A stretch of DNA of 51,724 nucleotides from Octopus bimaculoides. Taxonomy: Eukaryota. The translations under genes and the position numbers were made by a program. Below, piece after piece: positions 46,535-51,724 of the stretch. The first letter of the stretch is position 1, and each line of letters begins with the position of its first letter. Under the pieces are notes generated by a model. It was not told the origin of the DNA. It saw only the letters and a list, made by a program, of their open reading frames with translations, and made no database searches. The stretch lies in the NCBI RefSeq assembly GCF_001194135.2, contig NC_069005.1, positions 12,137,496 through 12,189,219 on the forward strand. Direction: 5' to 3'.

Positions 46535-47010
46535 NNNNNNNNNNNNNNNNNNNNNNNNNNNNNNNNNNNNNNNNNNNNNNNNNNNNNNNNNNNNNNNNNN
46601 NNNNNNNNNNNNNNNNNNNNNNNNNNNNNNNNNNNNNNNNNNNNNNNNNNNNNNNNNNNNNNNNNNNNNNNNNNNNNNNNNNNNNNNNNNNNNNNNNNNN
46701 NNNNNNNNNNNNNNNNNNNNNNNNNNNNNNNNNNNNNNNNNNNNNNNNNNNNNNNNNNNNNNNNNNNNNNNNNNNNNNNNNNNNNNNNNNNNNNNNNNNN
46801 NNNNNNNNNNNNNNNNNNNNNNNNNNNNNNNNNNNNNNNNNNNNNNNNNNNNNNNNNNNNNNNNNNNNNNNNNNNNNNNNNNNNNNNNNNNNNNNNNNNN
46901 NNNNNNNNNNNNNNNNNNNNNNNNNNNNNNNNNNNNNNNNNNNNNNNNNNNNNNNNNNNNNNNNNNNNNNNNNNNNNNNNNNNNNNNNNNNNNNNNNNNN
47001 NNNNNNNNNN

Positions 47011-47065
<55 letters not shown>

Positions 47066-47860
47066 TATTGTTGTATGTACACATGTATATATATGTATAT
47101 GTATGTGTATATGTGTATGTATATATATATATATATATAAATATAAGTATGTATGTGTGTATGTACGTACGTACGTATGTATGTATGTATGTATGTATGT
47201 ATGTATGTATGTATGTATGTATGTAGTATGTATATGTGTATGTATGTACACAATAACCAGCACACACGAACAGTTATGTGCACAGATTTGTAGTTAGAGT
47301 AATGTTATGGGCAAAATATAATTTTGTTTAAGTTCAAAACTAAACAGCTGCAAGAAGATGTGTGCAAGTATATGCTTGTATTGTGACGTGTATTCTTGTG
47401 CGACGGTGTATGTGAGTGAATGGAGTACGTTTTCTCTTATCATGTCTCTGTGTGTGAATTACAGTTGTCAGTTAGACATGAATGTGGTTGTGAGAAACTC
47501 TGCTTTGTGTGAGGCATTGCATACATATGCAATGCTGTGTAGCTTTGTGATGTCGTCTATACGTGCTTAAGCGTGAGCATCGGTGTGTTAGTCGCAGGGT
47601 GTTTGTGTGAAAAGCTATGCAATTTCTATGGAGTTGTGTATGCGGAGGAGTTTTCCTATGGGATACTAAAGAACGGCTTAACGACTTCTTGTTACTCATA
47701 GAAAGAATGTGTGTGTATATATATAAATATATACATATATATATCTAATTTGTTTAGGTAACGTTAGGAGTATGCAAATAAAGCTCCTATCTCATTATGG
47801 CGGGTACGGTTTAACGATATAACTAGTAAGTCAAATTTTCAGGGTTATATCATAGTTATT

Positions 47861-47865
<5 letters not shown>

Positions 47866-47895
<30 letters not shown>

Positions 47896-47897
47896 CA

Positions 47898-47958
<61 letters not shown>

Positions 47959-47987
47959 CATCATCAACATTATTGTTGTTGTTGTTA
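47866..47987. repeat. Compound (TCA)n(TTA)n(TTG)n microsatellite
   Basis: Directly visible. Confidence 0.95.
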
Positions 47988-48384
47988 TAAAGATAGATAG
48001 ATATATAGATACATGGATATATATATTTATATATATATATACATAAGTAAATATATACACATGTATACATACATACACACACGCACACACAGACACACAC
48101 ACACTCACACACACACACACATTTATTTATATTACATTATCACAGTATCATAGTATTGACCTGACTATCAGATACTCTTATACACCGCTGGTCACAATAC
48201 GCTCATAATTCTCTCATGATTGCGCCATTCGTTTCTCTCTCAACCTAGATTGCTTGACTAAATCATCTTTCCATCGGCGTGGAGGCCTTCAACATATAAA
48301 AGCAAACACTAATACATGCATAGCTATATACACACACACATATATACCGTTATTTGTTATACATACACCCACACACATATAAAC

Positions 48385-48585
48385 TTTTATATTTTACTTG
48401 TTTCAATAATGGGACAGCGGCCATTCTGGGGCTGCACCTTTGAAGTGTTTTTACTCGAATGATTTGACCCCAGTACTTTTTGAAACCTGAAGCTTCTTTC
48501 ATTGTTCTCTTGCGGAAACGTTAGGCTACTCGGACATAGACAAACAAATACCGATTTCGAAATTGGTAGAGAAACATACACAATG
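48385..48585 (-). mobile_element. SINE group B, 3' half, degenerate
   Basis: TTTTACTTGTTTCAATAATGGGACAGCGGCCATTCTGGGGC...TTGACCCCAGTAC. Confidence 0.65.
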
Positions 48586-48889
48586 ACACATACACATTTG
48601 TATGTATGTGTGTATATATGAATGTTTAGGGAAAATAAAGTTATTTTATTTCACATGGGTAGAAACATAGAAAAAATAGGATTTTAAAATGATTTGAGAA
48701 TAGTTAAAATTATTTTTATTATATTTAAATATTTAACCGGTTTCACAGTTTACACTGATTTTCAAACTTTGAGACAGAAAGATGTGAGTTATGCCGCAAC
48801 TGTCTTAAGTATAATAAAATATAATATTATTATATGATAATATAAGGAAATGTTAACTTTTCTCATTGCGTTTTCAACGTCTATCTATC

Positions 48890-48932
<43 letters not shown>

Positions 48933-49679
48933 NNNNNNNNNNNNNNNNNNNNNNNNNNNNNNNNNNNNNNNNNNNNNNNNNNNNNNNNNNNNNNNNNNNN
49001 NNNNNNNNNNNNNNNNNNNNNNNNNNNNNNNNNNNNNNNNNNNNNNNNNNNNNNNNNNNNNNNNNNNNNNNNNNNNNNNNNNNNNNNNNNNNNNNNNNNN
49101 NNNNNNNNNNNNNNNNNNNNNNNNNNNNNNNNNNNNNNNNNNNNNNNNNNNNNNNNNNNNNNNNNNNNNNNNNNNNNNNNNNNNNNNNNNNNNNNNNNNN
49201 NNNNNNNNNNNNNNNNNNNNNNNNNNNNNNNNNNNNNNNNNNNNNNNNNNNNNNNNNNNNNNNNNNNNNNNNNNNNNNNNNNNNNNNNNNNNNNNNNNNN
49301 NNNNNNNNNNNNNNNNNNNNNNNNNNNNNNNNNNNNNNNNNNNNNNNNNNNNNNNNNNNNNNNNNNNNNNNNNNNNNNNNNNNNNNNNATATATATATAT
49401 ATACACATACACACACACAGGCACATGTATGTATGTACGTACGTACATAACACCCAGTATATGGATGTTCCTCCTCTTCGATACCTTTAATGGGTTGCGA
49501 GTCGTAGAAGTGCATCAAGGGCTGAGGGTTTCAAACAAGAATTCACACTCAGTACTCTCGCCACCTAAGATTATTTTGCCGATTAACAATAACAGACGTG
49601 TGTGTGTGTATGTAGGTGTATATATGTACATATATATAGAGAGAGTGAGAGAGAGAGAAAAAGAAAGAAAGAGCGTGCA

Positions 49680-49730
<51 letters not shown>

Positions 49731-49954
49731 CATAGAGGAAGAGAGAGAGAGAGAAAGATGACTTATATTTATACACAGACAGAGAGATGCAGAGAGAGAA
49801 ATGGAAAGGAGAATATTGTATGTAACTTGTGAAGATAAGAAAAGAACATTTGGTTACATGAATTAAGAACACACGTGTGGTATAAAGGAGGTTAAATCAA
49901 TAACAACTGACATTTAAGAATTATTTTCCTATTTTCACGTCTTTTTTTTTTTTC

Positions 49955-50050
49955 AGGTTCAAATTCTGACGGTGGTGTCTATGCATTCTTTCTATGTCCC
50001 AGACCGAGGATGAAATAAGAATAATGTTGATGCTGTTTAGGGTGATGTAA
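49955..50050 (+). mobile_element. SINE group C, degenerate fragment
   Basis: CAGGTTCAAATTCTGACGGTGG...GATGAAATAAG...GGGTGATGTAAT before a (GAT/ATT)n run. Confidence 0.4.
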
Positions 50051-50076
50051 TGAAGATTATGATGACGACGACGATG

Positions 50077-50129
<53 letters not shown>

Positions 50130-51724
50130 CATTATAAAAATGATGATATTTGCTTTGATTTCCCATATAGCGGACATAATGGCAGCTAATAATTTGTGCA
50201 GGGTTTACTTAAAAACGGTCGAAATGAACATGAGAGCAGTGTGAGAAATCGGATCGAAGTATTGTTAATATAAATAAAACGTTAAAACTAAATGATTCAA
50301 TTCTCTAGAAAGAGGGGAACATCTATCTATGGCCAATCAAAGATTCCAGCCCCACGATTCCAGGACAGGTCTAACCTCACCACGAAGAGCAGAGCACGAT
50401 CCCTCACGCAACAGTTGTTCGCCAATCTACATGCGCATGTTTATCGCAGCTCCATGTACATTTACCATGTTTGCTAACAATCAGATCGCTCCTTATCAAT
50501 CCCCATTTACCATTGCTTGTGGAACATAAAATAATTCGAATACAGTTTGACCAAAGAGAAAAGTCCTTCTGTAAATTATTTCAGCCTTCTTAATTTTTCA
50601 GTCTCATCTTCTATACACTTGCTTTAGTCATAGCCAACATATAAGACAATGATTTCTGTTATTTGTAAAAATATGCTATCAGGTGATGGGAGCAGTGCCA
50701 AACTTGTTTTAATTTGGGTAAGCCTTTACAGAATATCAGACAAGGAAAATAGCGGATGCACAGGCGAGATGAATAATTTACATGCTATACAGAATGTTTA
50801 CACATAGATGAAAAGATGATGCCGCCCTCTTGATAAAAGAGAGTTTTAGAGCCAAACATAGAACGTTAGAGATACAACGTCAATCTGACCATTAAAGGCA
50901 ACATTCCTCGACCATCTGTTCTTCTCCAATCTGAAGGATCACGCATGTTACAACAAATTTCGCTAAGGGTGGTAGCGGTGCATAGTCGTCTTAATCAACT
51001 AAAACGCCCTCTATTATTCCCGTATTTATCCAATTAGGATAAAATATGAAAACATCTGAACAATAGAATATACGGAGAAATTGATAGGATACCAATATGA
51101 AGTGTATTTGTGTGCCTTATAAATTTCGATATCCACTATTCCGCTGACGATGACGATGACAGCAAAGATGATGGTATAAATAATGATAATGATGATGATT
51201 TAAAATTTTAGTAGAAAGGTAGATAAATAATTATAATGATAAAGACAACAATGATAATAACAACAACAATAATAATAATAATAATCATATCTTCCACCGA
51301 AAACGCAAGCTGGAGTTTATATTATTGACACCGGAAGACTAATGTCCAAAGTTGTTTATATGTATGTATGAATGTATACATCTATGCATCTGTGAATAAA
51401 TGGATGCATATGCGGGTATATACATGTATGTATGCAGGACTAAAATGAATGTGTACATAATTACATATGTACACATACATACAAACACACTCACACACAA
51501 ACACACACACATATATGCATGTAGGCTTGAATGTATATATATATACATATAGTGTTACTTATTCTATAATACATGTATATTACATGTATGTATATGCTTA
51601 TATATACACATATATATACACGTACACGCACACACGCATACAACATAATACATACATACATACATACAAATATACATACATACATACATATATATATATA
51701 TATGTCTGTATATATATATATATA

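Noticed and set aside
47514-47535. 10-bp hairpin GCATTGCATA-CA-TATGCAATGC
   Set aside because: It arises readily in TG/CA/TA-rich low-complexity sequence.
32-51685. Long ORFs in the six-frame track (poly-I/Y, poly-S, poly-L, HT/CV repeats, X-runs)
   Set aside because: They are translations of microsatellites or N-gaps with no domain-like content, so no host CDS is supported.
1-51724. CRISPR arrays, operons or other prokaryotic systems
   Set aside because: No regularly spaced repeats with unique spacers and no gene-dense segment; there is no sign of bacterial contamination or insertion.

Overview
AT-rich, microsatellite-saturated eukaryotic DNA from a gappy short-read-type assembly: 21 N-gaps totalling about 6.6 kb, most flanked by simple repeats. 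The repeat content suggests an octopod cephalopod (inference, from resemblance to the tRNA-derived octopus SINEs). I find no supportable host protein-coding exon, tRNA/rRNA gene or CRISPR array; the long ORFs in the track are translations of microsatellites or N-runs. The window is a transposon graveyard. (1) About 30 copies or fragments of tRNA-type SINEs in three groups, labelled here A, B and C, show module swapping, nesting and head-to-tail pairing. (2) Decayed non-LTR retrotransposon coding relics are visible only across frameshifts: a clear RTE-type ORF end at 39.3-39.9 kb, a clear R4/Dong-like RT-to-REL-tail relic at 44.1-45.8 kb, and four weaker RT relics. (3) There is a mariner-like left end and a possible piggyBac-type MITE. 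(4) The most unusual signal is a cluster of five sequence-unrelated long fold-back (inverted-repeat) elements at 16.4-21.0 kb, with more at 32.3 and 42.6-43.4 kb. The five in the cluster abut (TA)n-rich sequence, and several carry a degenerate minimal type-I hammerhead-ribozyme layout in or at the loop. They lie near a possible GIY-YIG relic, which suggests Penelope-like element terminal repeats. All family assignments and protein similarities are by eye and need HMM/BLAST/Infernal confirmation.
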